In this document: piece by piece, positions 10,681 to 21,917 of the stretch | Layout: each line of letters starts with the position of its first letter | Numbering within the stretch: the first letter of the stretch is position 1 | Assembly: GCA_002811645.1 (NCBI GenBank) | Contig: PDIP01000036.1 | Coordinates: 124,001 to 188,000, forward strand | DNA from: Corallochytrium limacisporum Hawaii | Taxonomy: Eukaryota > Protista > Pluriformea | Direction of reading: 5' to 3' | Length of the DNA stretch: 64,000 bases | Translations under genes and position numbers: made by a program | The notes under the pieces: generated by a model | Seen by the model: only the letters and a program-made list of their open reading frames with translations | Told to the model about the DNA's origin: nothing | Databases searched by the model: none

Positions 10681-12718
10681 CATTGTTATTTTGTTCGGGA
10701 AGGTACTCAGTGGCCCCCCGATGCCGCCGTGGCAGTGGGCCGGTCCAATGGAGAGCCCAGTACCCACAACATGTGGCCATACATTTTGGGTATCGCGAGT
10801 TGTAAGGGCTCTCACTGGTTTCAGTACTCTCGGTATTGTAGACGTCGGGTCTAACTCCAAGTATGACACCGGCCGCTATAGTGAATGTACAAGGCGGAAC
10901 TACTTTAGGGTGCATATTTGATATACGGTATTTCACTAAATAGCAAGTGAGCACTAGCCAGTGGGTGTGTAATATGTTTAGTATGCGAGAAGTACACTGC
11001 GGTAGTGAATTGCACTGCGAGTACTTCCCATCTCCTAGTTTCCAGCCGTCGTTGCGGAACGCCGGATGTGGGGGATTCGTCAAGCCACCGACGAGCAAGC
11101 AAGCAGCTGAGAGCGGACCACCAAATGCTACCCTTAAACAGAGTAACCACTAGCACAGGGGATGTGGATGCTACATACTCCAGATGGTGTGCCATGAGAA
11201 CAAGACGGAAATTGGGGACCAAGGAACTCGTTGCCTGATGCTTGATCAAGCGCCTATCGTCAAATTGTTATCCTCTGCATCATCACCCTTTCATCACTCT
11301 TTAACGCCCTTAACATCTTAAATCACAATTCAAGGTAGTACTGTCACTATGCTGCGGTGTCGGTATGGAATCTTGTGATTTGGAAGATACAAGTGGACAA
11401 TGGACTGCATGAAAGAGTGCAATGAAGCCGCACACGCAAACACCGCAAGGCTCGGGTGTGTGATAGGTGGTAGTGTTGTGCCGACAGCGCTAGTGTGCTT
11501 GTGCGGTGATGATGATGTGATTGTTCACCGAATTTTCGCCGTCGTCCACACACGTTCACCTCGGGAACGCACCCTGCCGGCTAAGAAAATCAGGGGCCCC
11601 CCCTCTCCCATCGTAGATACGCCCTCTGCCTCTCAATGCTTCGATTGTCTGTTTCCTTTTGCTTCGCCGACGCACCACTTTGTGTGTGTGGAAAACAGAG
11701 GACCAGCTGGTCGGTGCTTTTCACTCACGGCAGGCAGTACCATCCAAAACAGACCAAGCACCGCGTAGGGATCACACCCAGAGGGAAGAAAAAAAAAATA
11801 TTACGTGGAGAACCGGGCGCGAAAGTGAGCTCGTATAGAAAAACACAGATTTTTGACGCCACGGCTGCCCTTCCCGCAGAACATACCCAGTATATTCGAT
11901 ATAGAATTCGTACCTGTTCGGTTGCGACTGGCGGTGTCTGCGTGTCAGGAATGTTCGTTCTGGGCCGTTCTCCGTAAAGTCGGATGCGGTGCGGCGGAGC
12001 ACATCACCTGAAATCGGCTCCCTGCCAAAATAGACTTTTAATGCAAAGGAACGACAAAACAAAATGCTTACGTTATTTGATGGTAGCAGAAAAGAAACAC
12101 AAAGTGCTTCCTTCGGAGCGGGTGGGTCAGCAATCACAAGAGGCCAGCTCTAACCCGCGGTATGTCCACTTCGGTATACAAGCAGGACAATTGCAGAGGC
12201 CACGAAAATCTAAAGAAAATGTATAGAGCACGAGCACACACGCAGCTTCACACGCACTCTTCAGGAAAGGCACAGTGGGTGGCTGGTGGGGGTGGCCGAA
12301 AAAATGGAGTTGTGAGGTGAGCTGGACTAACAAGGGGTGGGTGGGTGTCACCACCCGGTCGCAATTGAAAAGTATCGTACATAGTGAGTGTAGATGCGGT
12401 GGACTTCCATACTTTCAAGTAGCAGGACGACGTATCCAACACAAATGCACCAGTGGGACGCACTTGGCGGTTTGTTGGTGACCGTGCGGGCAGGAGTTGC
12501 GTTGATCTCCCACAACGCGGCTCTCTTGGCACCCGTAAGCTCGTTTGGCCGGCAAGCGTTCTCTTGATACATTGTACTGGAAAACGACAGCATACGATGC
12601 ATCTCAAAAAGGTATGTAACATGCTTGATGAAATGCCAAGGAAATTAGATATTAAGTTCAACTAACGGGTAAGTTTTTCCGTACGTTCTAAGAAACCAAA
12701 ACAAACACATACATCACA

Positions 12719-13321
12719 ATGTCTGCTTCCACTGCTGGACCCTCTGAGAACCCCACCAAGGACGCACTTGGTGGTGTTATGAGAACCAAGACACAGCTCG
12801 ACGAGTTCTTCCAGAACAGCAAGCTGTTCAAGGCCGCTTCTGAAAAGACTAAGATTCCCCCTGAAGCTCTTGGATACATTGTTCTCGGTGGTGGCTTCTT
12901 GGCCCTTCTCTTTGGCTTCGGTGCCGATGTCGCTTGCGACGTGGTCGGCTTCCTGTACCCCGCATACTGCTCGTTCAAAGCTATTGAGACAATCAACAAA
13001 GATGATGACACCCAGTGGCTAATTTACTGGGTTGTGTATGCTGCCTTCTCGGTCGCTGAACACTTCTTCGACTACCTCTTATTCTGGATCCCCTTCTACT
13101 ACTTCACTAAGATCTTCTTCCTGATCTGGTGCTTCCTACCCGAAACCCGCGGCGCTGAATGGCTGTACAAGACTTTCATCCGTCCCTTCCTGCAAAAGCA
13201 CTCGGATAAGATCGATGCTGGCCTGGCAAAGGTTACCGGTATGGGCAGCACTCTCGTTGACCAGGCTGCTGATGCTATCTCTGGCAAGGCTGCTAAGTAC
13301 GCCACCTCCAAGAGCGATTAA
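12719..13321 (+). CDS. REEP5: REEP/DP1/Yop1 ER-shaping protein (REEP5/6-like)
   Basis: GFLYPAYCSFKAIE, DDDTQWLIYWVVY and WIPFYYFTK...W; AATAAA at 13372 downstream. Confidence 0.93.
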   Translation: MSASTAGPSENPTKDALGGVMRTKTQLDEFFQNSKLFKAASEKTKIPPEALGYIVLGGGFLALLFGFGADVACDVVGFLYPAYCSFKAIETINKDDDTQWLIYWVVYAAFSVAEHFFDYLLFWIPFYYFTKIFFLIWCFLPETRGAEWLYKTFIRPFLQKHSDKIDAGLAKVTGMGSTLVDQAADAISGKAAKYATSKSD

Positions 13322-14069
13322 GGGCTGTGAACATCTTTTGAACCACTCGTATCATGTATCATGTCAGGTAAAATAAACATAGTCGGTCTCGCACTGGTCT
13401 CGGTTTGAATCACATATCGGTGCTCCGCTCTATATTTGTTTCGAATATCGTAACCTCAGGTTCATACGGGAGACAACATCGGGCCGGTCGACCATCACTG
13501 TCGTGTACATGCCGACGTAACTTACGGGCTGGGTCTTGCTCATGGCTTTGTCCCTGCTTGCTTTGCCGTTCAGAAAAGCCAGAAAATACGCATCAATAAA
13601 TGACATACGGACCGTGTACGAAACCTGCTGCCACCATCTGCAAAAGTGGGTCATCACCACCATACGTGACAGTTTGTCTCACATGTTCCATTCTATGGGG
13701 ACACATCATGAATCTGGGCTTGCATTCTTAGTGCTTTCTTGCAACCGGGTTCCACCATGGTCTGCCTGAAGGGGGATGGTGATGATCAAATCATCAGTGG
13801 GCATTACATGGCGGTGCTTCGGCAGCAGTTCTGTGTGATCAATAAGCCGAGAGTGTGTAGTGCGTGTCACGATGCAAAGCATCTCTCGGGGCCTGCCACC
13901 TGCGAGACCGTCAAGGGTGGTTCTTGCTGCCGATAGAGTTCGAACCATGTGTTTCGCATGCTTGGTTCCGCCACTTTATTTTACTTGTCTGTGAGCAGTT
14001 CCAGCACATACCGAGCGTGTGTACCACCCACTTCTTGCTGCTCTCTTTGGTTGGCCTTTTCCAACGACT

Positions 14070-14205
14070 CCCCGCCCTCCCTTTGCAATTTACGGCCAAT
14101 CAGAGGCGCTTATTTTTTGAAAAATTAGCCAATCAAAACGAGGTATTCGCGGGTTTGCGTGTGTCCTCCTCCTCTCGGTCACGGCGCGCAGGGGAAAATT
14201 GGCGG
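14070..14205. promoter_or_regulatory. GC box + tandem CCAAT (NF-Y-type) boxes + TTTGAA
   Basis: CCCCGCCC at 14070, GGCCAATCAG (CCAAT at 14096), TTTGAA at 14116, AGCCAATCAA (CCAAT at 14129), reverse ATTGG at 14198. Confidence 0.5.
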
Positions 14206-14699
14206 TTGGAGAGGTGGGGATTATCAGCGCTACCTCCAGTTTTCATAGTCGCTGAATGGCTTTTTACTGATCAAGACATTTTGGCTTTTCTAATCGATCG
14301 TCGCTACTGCGAAATAAGTCAGAAACAAATTCATCACAGACGGCGAAAATGTCAAAACAGAGACCCACCGAAACATCCCGCATGACCAAGGCGCCAGGAG
14401 AGAAGAAAAACGGGTGATTCTATCCATACTTTAAATATGTAACCGTCCGAGGGAGCGGCTTCTGAGTTCCTTCTAACCACTCCACAGAAATCTCCCCGCC
14501 ACGCTCCCCAGCTTTTCGTCCGTGGTACTCCTGTCGTTCGGTACTGACACACTTGTGTGGCTGCCGCCTCCGAGCAAGGGGTCATTCGGACAAACGCCGT
14601 GGTTTCAAATTTCCACTTTGCTGGTCACTACGTGTTATGAGCCGGAAACATCCCTATATTTATTATTTCAAACCAAATGTTACATTCCAATTACCATAA

Positions 14700-15470
14700 A
14701 TCCGAGGTATCTGTGCCCCCAAAGAGAGCCCCTTGGAGAACCCCCCCTGCTTCGTGCCGCCCCCTCTCCCCCCCCCTTTTTCACCGGGTCACTCTTCCCT
14801 CTCTGCTTGCTCCGTTCCTCAGCGACGTCCCTACGGAGTCACTGCTGTTCTCTCCCCAAGGCGCAACCCAAACACTGGATGGGTACCCAGAATGGAGGGA
14901 AACATAAGGGGAGAAAGAAAAAATAAGATTGGAAAGGGAGGGAAGGAAAAAAAAAAAAAAAGAAGGACTAGTGTCTCTCACACCAACGCCGAAGCACGAC
15001 CCTTCTTTCAAAGAAAAAAAATATTCTATAAAGGGGGAGCGACCGACCAGCCGACGACAAGGCGGCCGTGCGTCCCAGGGGGCGATGGCGTTTTTGCACG
15101 TAACTCGAACCTTGAATCTGGTCCTGAATTTTGGAGATATTATGACAGAGATACAGCACTGATGGCAATGTTGTGTATCCGAATTTGTCATTCCGGTCGT
15201 GTCAGGACCTATCCGGCGACGGGTTCTCAAGGGCGCGGTTGCCAGCAGGGAAACGGCGAGAGACAAAAGCAGGGGCACGCCACGGAACGGAGGGGGCGGG
15301 TATGCCTTGCCCCCAGGGACGGGTGTGTAAGTGTGAGAGAGAGAGAGAGAGTGTGTGTGTGTGTTGTCTGTTTTCTCGTTCTGTATCTCTCTCCTCCCCT
15401 CCCCCCTCCCTCCCCGCCGTCGTCTCAACGGTCCCCCCCCCTCCCGGGGGACCTCCCTACGGTCGTTTAG
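14700..15470. promoter_or_regulatory. Low-complexity island upstream of IQGAP (putative promoter)
   Basis: Long A run, C runs and (GA)(GT) tracts, ending about 500 nt before the ATG. Confidence 0.5.
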
Positions 15471-15966
15471 TACTCATGTTGCACTGGCTTATGTGAAACC
15501 TTGTTCAGAATATGTCATTGACTCTCTATAGTCGGGGGAGAGCTGTACCCGGAGAGGGATGTATCGCATGGTAACCCAGGAGAGGGGTGTTTGCAAGGGG
15601 GCACCCAAACAGAACACTTCTAAGTGAATTGTGCTGTTCGGCCAACGCAAGGAACAGGAGAATTGTCGGGTTCTCATGGGTGGTTTGTGTTTGTGTATGT
15701 TTATGTATGTCTCCGAGATACAAACACACAGTAAGCATACCTCAAGCCTCGCGTGTACACAATTCAATGAAGGTAGAAGGGACCACCAATGATGCCCATT
15801 GAATAGCACCTTGATCTAGTTGAAGTACGACGTGTGTTGCCACAGTGTGTTGTGGTTTTAAGAAACCTTTGCGAAAGAATTTGAAACAAGTACTTTTGTC
15901 TTAATCACCAAGAGGACGGAAGGATAGCCAAGTAGGTTTCCACACCCACGGAGGTGTATAGGTTAT

Positions 15967-18900
15967 ATGCGTGACAAAATCTCAGACCTGCAAAGCATGT
16001 CGGCGTCTAACTTGCACAAAACAGAGGGTTATGGCTTTGCGAAGAGCCGTAACGCTCTGCGCAAGGACGATGAGGAGGATGTCGTCGATTCGGACTGGAT
16101 GGACGCCTCCCGTGCTCATATGCAGGCTTACGAATACCTTTGTCACTTGGAAGAAGTGAAGCAATGGCTAGAGGGCCTCATTCAGGAGGAACTGCCGCCA
16201 TCAACAGAATTGGAAGAGGGTCTTCGCAACGGTGTTTACCTGGCTAAGCTTGCCATGTTCTACGCTCCTGATAAAGTGACAAAGCGTAAGATCTTTGACA
16301 TCAGCCAGGAGAAGTACCATGAGAATGGCCTTCACTTCAGGCACACAGATAACACTGCCCAGTGGCTGAAGAGCCTGGATCATGTAGGTCTGCCCAATAT
16401 CTTCTATCCGGAGACTACAGACATCTATGACAAGAAGAACATGCCCAAGGCTATCTACTGCATCCACGCTTTGTCTCACTTCTTGTACAAGAAGGGCATG
16501 GCACCTCTCATTCAGAATTTGGTTGGCAAGGCTCAGTTCACAGAGGAAGAACTGAGCGCTATGCAACAAGAGCTGAACCGTCTGGGTGTCAACATGCCTG
16601 CCTTTGGCAAGATTGGCGGTGTGCTGGCTAAGGAATTGGGTCAGAATGACGCTGAGCGTATTGCAGCTATCATTGCTATCAATGAAGCTGTGGAACAGGG
16701 TAATGCTGATGAGACCCTGGCCCGCCTTTTGGTACCTGTTGTCGGTTTGGTGGATGTCGAAGAGGCGTACGGACCTGGCTACCAGGACCACTTGGCATTT
16801 GCCAAGCAGGAGAAGACTGCCGCTTTTGAAGCCGCCAATCCTGACAAGCCTCTGGAGGAGTGCGATGTCTTTGACCGCTACCTTACCGGCGAGGAGATCC
16901 AGGCCAACATCAATGCCAGTAATGTATCCCAGGCTTTGGCCTTCATCGATGCCAGCATCCTTGAGGGTGACCCTGACCAGCTCTTGCAGGCTATGAAGAA
17001 CAAGTACGTTCCTATTCACAACGTGGATGATGACAACAAGAAGTACTACATGCACAGTCTTCGGGAGAATCGGGATGCCAAGGGTGAGGCGCTGACCAAG
17101 AAGGAGGTTGAAATGGCAGTGGAGGAGGCCAATTTGGATGCCGCCATGTTCCGCCTGAACAGGGCGATTGAGGCTGGTGATGACGAAGGAGTACTCTTTG
17201 CCCTGGAGGATGAGTGCTTGAACTTGCCTGAGGTACGCGGTGACCTTGCCCGCCCCTACACCATCAAGCTGGCTTACGAGCGCGATCGTCTCGGTGAGGA
17301 CCTCTGCTACGATGCTGTGACCAGTATTGTGAACGATGTCAACGCTAAAGGTGGCTTTGAGGATGAAGTAACCAAGATCCAGGCCTTCTGGAGAGGACAG
17401 ACCCAACGTCGCAAGTATCTCGAGATGCTGGACCACTACTACTCCAACCAGGACGCCATCGTCAAGTGCCAGGCTGCTGTGCGAGGCACTCTTGCTCGCC
17501 GAAAGCATGATCAACGCCTTGCTCAGTGGCGCAACAACCTTGGTGCCATCATTCGCATCCAGGCCTGGTACAGGGGTTATCAGGCACGGACCTACATGGC
17601 CCGTTTGCTGGCTGTTGATGACCCCATGGTCAAGCACATCCGCTGGGGATACCGTACTTTCATTGAAGGTCACGAAGATGTTGACTTTAACGAAGAACTG
17701 TCCCTTACGAAGATGCGCCAGAAGTATATTCTCGAGCTGAGGCAGCAGAGGGAACTCCAGCAGGAATTGAATGCCATGGATGTTAAGATTGGTCTACTGA
17801 TCAAGAACCAGCTTGAGCTGAGCGACGTTGTTGCGCAGTCTCGTAAGCTGAAGAAGGGTAAGGTCATGGTTTCGCGACAGGGTTTCAAGGCTCTGAACAA
17901 GGAGGATCGTCAGCGCTATGAGGGCTACCAGTACATGTTCTACCTTTTGCAGACGAACCCTGTGTACCTGGCCAGGCTGCTGTTCCTGCTCCCGGCCAAC
18001 CGCACTGGTAAGTTCATCGAGAGCATTATTCTCACGACCTACAATTTTGCCATCAATGATCGTGAGCAGTACCTGGTTCTGAAGCTTTTCAAGGCTGCCA
18101 TTGACGAGGAAATGACCCGTGTGTTTGAAATCAAGGATTTCATCACTGGCAACCCCACCGTGACGAAGATGGTTGTTCAGTACAACCGTCAGCGTGGCGG
18201 ACAGGAAATGGAGTTCCTGCGCGATTTGCTGCAGCCTTTGGTCCGCGCTGTGTTGGAAGAGGATATCAACATGAACCTTAATCCCATTGACATTTACAAG
18301 CGCTGGATTATTCAAATTGAACAGGAGACTGGCAAGGCTGCTGACATGGCGTATGATGTAAACACCGAAGAGGCCTTGAGCTACGATCATGTGCGCAATG
18401 TCTTGGATGACCGTATTCAGCGCATTACTGATATCACGTCCAAGTTCCGGGATGCCATTGTGGACTCTCTTGACAAGATGCCTTATGCCATGCGTTATTT
18501 CGCTTCTGAGATCCGTCGGGCTCTGGAGGAGAAGTTCACCGATGCCGATGAGACTGAGATCATTAAGGTCGTGGGCAACGTTGTTTATTACCGTTTTATC
18601 AATCCTGCCATTGTTGCTCCCGATGCCTTTGAGGTTCTGGACAGTTCCATGGCTGAGTCTATCAGTGTCGATCAGCGCCGCAACTTGGGTGAGATTGCTA
18701 AACTGCTGCAAATCATGAGCGCCAAGAAGCGCTTCGCTGAGGGAAGCGAAGACCATCTGGCTCGCCTGAACAATTACCTCTCTGAATCTTGGGTCATCTT
18801 CCGTGACTTCTTCATCACTGTCACTGAAATTGAGAGCCCGGAGAGGCACTTCAACCAGGATCAGTACACCGAGGATGTCATGGTTGCCAACCCCACTATT

Positions 18901-20010
18901 TTCATTTCTCCTCGCGAAATCTATCGCACACACGGCCTCTTCCTGCAGTCCCGCGCCGACTTGGATCTGGATGAGGAAGATCCTCTCATGATGCTCATCA
19001 ATGAACTGCCACCGCCTCCGGGATACACTGAGGAAGCCGACTCGATGGGTGAGCAGAACATTGGTGAAACCACTGAAGTACCGGTCGAGCTTGTCAATCG
19101 TGCCCGTCTGGAGGACACTACTTCCAACGAGGCCGTGTTGCTCAAGACCCGCCGCATCTTCTTCGAGATCTTACGTTGCCAGAAGGGTGAGGACATTCCT
19201 TCCATTATGGCCACCCCTGCCACTGCTCATCAGGAGGACATGCACCAGAATGGTGTGCGTCGCATGCAGGAGCGTAGTCGGCGCCGTGAGGCCGCGGCCG
19301 AGGAGACGTTCGTGCAGACTGGTGCTGAGCAGCAGCTGGAGGCAGAGCTCTCCATGACCCTAAACGACCTCAAAGCCTCGGTACAGAAGGACCTGGATGC
19401 CCTGGAGGCAGCCGGTGTCACCAGCAGGCATGATGGGTACCAGTCGTTGCTTAACGCCATGGCTAGGGACATCATTGGCTCCAAGTACCTCCGTGAATCT
19501 CGCCGCAAGGACATTGCCAAGCTCACCAAGACTCTTGAGCTTCTTGCCATCAAGACCAAGGAGCAGGAGGAACAGGTACAGCAGTACACAGAGTATGTCC
19601 ACTCTTGCACAGAGAACATGAAGAAGGGCGCTAAGATCCCTAAGCCCAATAAGATGCGCATGATGTTCGACTCCAAGTACCGCAAGAACTACCAGCAACA
19701 TCGTTTTGGCTCCTACAAGTACTCAGCATCCAAGCTCTTCGAGCGTGGTATTCTGCTGGAACTCCAGGGTGTTACCGAGACTATGCGCAAGGGTGTCACC
19801 TTCACCATTTCCTCCAACCAGATTGGTGTTTTCGACATTGACGCCAGCCTTACTGGTGTGAAAATGAAGACTTTGCAGATCACCTTGGATGAGCTGCTGC
19901 AGATGCAGTATGAGGGTATCTCCGTCAAGGAGCTCTTTGGCGGAAGTGCCAAGGTCAATGTCAACCTTCTTATTCACCTTCTGAACCGCAAGTTCTACTC
20001 TCGCAAGTAG
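15967..20010 (+). CDS. IQGAP: IQGAP (CH domain, IQGAP repeats, 3 IQ motifs, RasGAP-related domain, RGCT)
   Basis: AYEYLCHLEE, LEEGLRNGVYLAKL, HFRHTDN, IQxxxRGxxxR-type motifs x3, YYRFINPAIVAPD, YKYSASKLFERGIL, KVNVNLLIHLLNRKFY. Confidence 0.97.
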   Translation: MRDKISDLQSMSASNLHKTEGYGFAKSRNALRKDDEEDVVDSDWMDASRAHMQAYEYLCHLEEVKQWLEGLIQEELPPSTELEEGLRNGVYLAKLAMFYAPDKVTKRKIFDISQEKYHENGLHFRHTDNTAQWLKSLDHVGLPNIFYPETTDIYDKKNMPKAIYCIHALSHFLYKKGMAPLIQNLVGKAQFTEEELSAMQQELNRLGVNMPAFGKIGGVLAKELGQNDAERIAAIIAINEAVEQGNADETLARLLVPVVGLVDVEEAYGPGYQDHLAFAKQEKTAAFEAANPDKPLEECDVFDRYLTGEEIQANINASNVSQALAFIDASILEGDPDQLLQAMKNKYVPIHNVDDDNKKYYMHSLRENRDAKGEALTKKEVEMAVEEANLDAAMFRLNRAIEAGDDEGVLFALEDECLNLPEVRGDLARPYTIKLAYERDRLGEDLCYDAVTSIVNDVNAKGGFEDEVTKIQAFWRGQTQRRKYLEMLDHYYSNQDAIVKCQAAVRGTLARRKHDQRLAQWRNNLGAIIRIQAWYRGYQARTYMARLLAVDDPMVKHIRWGYRTFIEGHEDVDFNEELSLTKMRQKYILELRQQRELQQELNAMDVKIGLLIKNQLELSDVVAQSRKLKKGKVMVSRQGFKALNKEDRQRYEGYQYMFYLLQTNPVYLARLLFLLPANRTGKFIESIILTTYNFAINDREQYLVLKLFKAAIDEEMTRVFEIKDFITGNPTVTKMVVQYNRQRGGQEMEFLRDLLQPLVRAVLEEDINMNLNPIDIYKRWIIQIEQETGKAADMAYDVNTEEALSYDHVRNVLDDRIQRITDITSKFRDAIVDSLDKMPYAMRYFASEIRRALEEKFTDADETEIIKVVGNVVYYRFINPAIVAPDAFEVLDSSMAESISVDQRRNLGEIAKLLQIMSAKKRFAEGSEDHLARLNNYLSESWVIFRDFFITVTEIESPERHFNQDQYTEDVMVANPTIFISPREIYRTHGLFLQSRADLDLDEEDPLMMLINELPPPPGYTEEADSMGEQNIGETTEVPVELVNRARLEDTTSNEAVLLKTRRIFFEILRCQKGEDIPSIMATPATAHQEDMHQNGVRRMQERSRRREAAAEETFVQTGAEQQLEAELSMTLNDLKASVQKDLDALEAAGVTSRHDGYQSLLNAMARDIIGSKYLRESRRKDIAKLTKTLELLAIKTKEQEEQVQQYTEYVHSCTENMKKGAKIPKPNKMRMMFDSKYRKNYQQHRFGSYKYSASKLFERGILLELQGVTETMRKGVTFTISSNQIGVFDIDASLTGVKMKTLQITLDELLQMQYEGISVKELFGGSAKVNVNLLIHLLNRKFYSRK

Positions 20011-20112
20011 ACATGGACATTACCAATACATTATCCACGCCACATTATTTTGACAAAGTACACTACAAAGAAATTCGATTAGTTGTTCACTACCGTTCTA
20101 CTAGTTATTGAT

Positions 20113-21459
20113 TTACCAGAATTTGATGCGCCAGTCCATTTGTTTCATCACGTATCCAGACAGGGCCAACGATCCCATATAGACCATTAGGATCGCCAGA
20201 GCCATCGGGGATGAGACCCGAGTGGTGTCACCTAAGCTCAGGTTGACCATGCCAGTCAACACATTGGCAAGCAGAAAAATACTGAGGCCTTCACGATTTA
20301 CGCACTCAAAGAGCAGAGACGGCCGGGCAAGCAATCCGAGACGCTGGGCCACCATAAAGCAACCACAGAAAAGAGATGTGATAAAGAGCACCCACAGTAC
20401 GTAGTTTGCATTGACAAGGCGACGACTGGACAGCTGCCAGCTGGCGTTACCGTTGGCAATCAGCAAGAGACCAACAGTGAGTAGACAGTCCGTCATACGT
20501 TCCAAGCTGACCCTAAGACGACCACGATGATCGGCAGGCATTTCTCCGTAGGCAAAGATGGCATTGCCCATACCACCCCAACTGATTAGAAAGAGTGCTG
20601 TGTATCCTGCGAGACCAATAATTCCCTCACGATTAGCCTCAAACAGATCGCTGTCACGCTGGGGACTAACAATGAATGATGCGGCACCGTTTCGCAGGCA
20701 AGTTTCGTAGACGAAAAGCAGAATGATACCAACCCCGAGTACCCATTGTGGGCGTTGGTGCCATCGCAGAACTGTGGTGGTCAACCAGGTCACAAAATGA
20801 AGAAAAGCCAACGAAAAGAAAAAGTTCCAGTGGCGGCCATACTCGGTTTCGTGGGCCGGATAGTTGACTGACTGTGTTGCGCGCAGGCGACCGAACCCTA
20901 AGATCAGTAGTGGCACGGAGGGTAGGAGTGTGGCTGTCCGGCCAGTGGTTCTAAAGCGTGCACTGGCCATCCCTGCAGCACTGACCATTACACCCACTCC
21001 AATGTCCATGACGGAGATGCCATAAGTCTCTGTCTTCATAAAGCGCCGAGGAAAAGCAGGAAAATCGACGGCAAGAATACCCAGGCACACTGCCATCATC
21101 ATAGCCCCACGAAATTCGGTGAAAAACGCTGTCGAGGTTTGGGTGAGTGCCCAGCCCACTGAATTGCGAGTTCGTTCAAGCTTTTGTGGATCTGGATAGA
21201 AAGCCCAGATCAGGAGACTGTGAAACACCAGAATAGCCAATGTGTACTCCGCTAGCGTAAAGCTGATGATCGTCGGAACTATTGTCAAACCAAATTCCAT
21301 GAGGAGAACCTGTAGGTCTGACATTGACTCCCGGCGCATTACATGGGAAGCAATGCATCCTGTAAGCAAAGGTGATATAGCTAGCAAAATTTCTTTGGGG
21401 TGGCAGCCAGTGCCACCAGTGACGAATGCTTCCTTTATTGCCCGGGCTGTGTCGTCCAT
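20113..21459 (-). CDS. PIGW: GPI inositol acyltransferase PIG-W/Gwt1
   Basis: KEAFVTG, ILAVDFPAFPRRFMKTETYGISVMDIGVG, HETEYGRHWNFF, ANREG, SRRLVN, IFLLANVLTGMVNL. Confidence 0.95.
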   Translation of the reverse strand: MDDTARAIKEAFVTGGTGCHPKEILLAISPLLTGCIASHVMRRESMSDLQVLLMEFGLTIVPTIISFTLAEYTLAILVFHSLLIWAFYPDPQKLERTRNSVGWALTQTSTAFFTEFRGAMMMAVCLGILAVDFPAFPRRFMKTETYGISVMDIGVGVMVSAAGMASARFRTTGRTATLLPSVPLLILGFGRLRATQSVNYPAHETEYGRHWNFFFSLAFLHFVTWLTTTVLRWHQRPQWVLGVGIILLFVYETCLRNGAASFIVSPQRDSDLFEANREGIIGLAGYTALFLISWGGMGNAIFAYGEMPADHRGRLRVSLERMTDCLLTVGLLLIANGNASWQLSSRRLVNANYVLWVLFITSLFCGCFMVAQRLGLLARPSLLFECVNREGLSIFLLANVLTGMVNLSLGDTTRVSSPMALAILMVYMGSLALSGYVMKQMDWRIKFW

Positions 21460-21917
21460 TGTGGATAGATCCCAGTTAGCGGGGACCCAACGCTTCGCAT
21501 TTAATCCGACATATGTTGTCCTCGGTTAGGACACTTCGAGTGGAACAAACTACCATGCTCGTCCTTGGCTGCTCAAAGTCTCCTCCCATGGGTTTCAATA
21601 CCTTTCTTTGCAACAGACACCAATTCCTCTCCCTTCGTCGTAGAGGGAGGGCAATGAACAACAAGGGGAGGCACAGCACAAGACACGGCAAGGAAACAAA
21701 TCCTTCCCAGGCTCCAAAAGGTCAAGACTCTTTGCAGCGACAGTCCCAAAGAAAACACCACGTAGACATTAAGATTATGTAAAATTTGCGACGGACTCCG
21801 TATTGGGGCATGTGCGAAATTTATGAACAAGATGGTTAAACGATTTGAATTATGATGACGTCTGTAAAGTTACATGATGATGAAGAAGTACAATCTCCAG
21901 TGATGACAATAAACGAA

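Noticed and set aside
13814-13828. Resemblance to the U6 snRNA 5' hairpin (TGCTTCGGCAGCA)
   Set aside because: No ACAGAGA box or other U6 sequence follows.
14733-15470. 200+ aa ORFs across low-complexity islands (also 37959-39639, 49700-50584, 60607-61282)
   Set aside because: Artefacts of stop-poor (TA/AT-depleted) repeats and N gaps; the translations are homopolymer-derived.
16201-18933. Long antisense ORFs (490 and 379 aa) inside IQGAP, and similar ones in other genes
   Set aside because: In-register antisense shadows caused by codon bias of the real gene.
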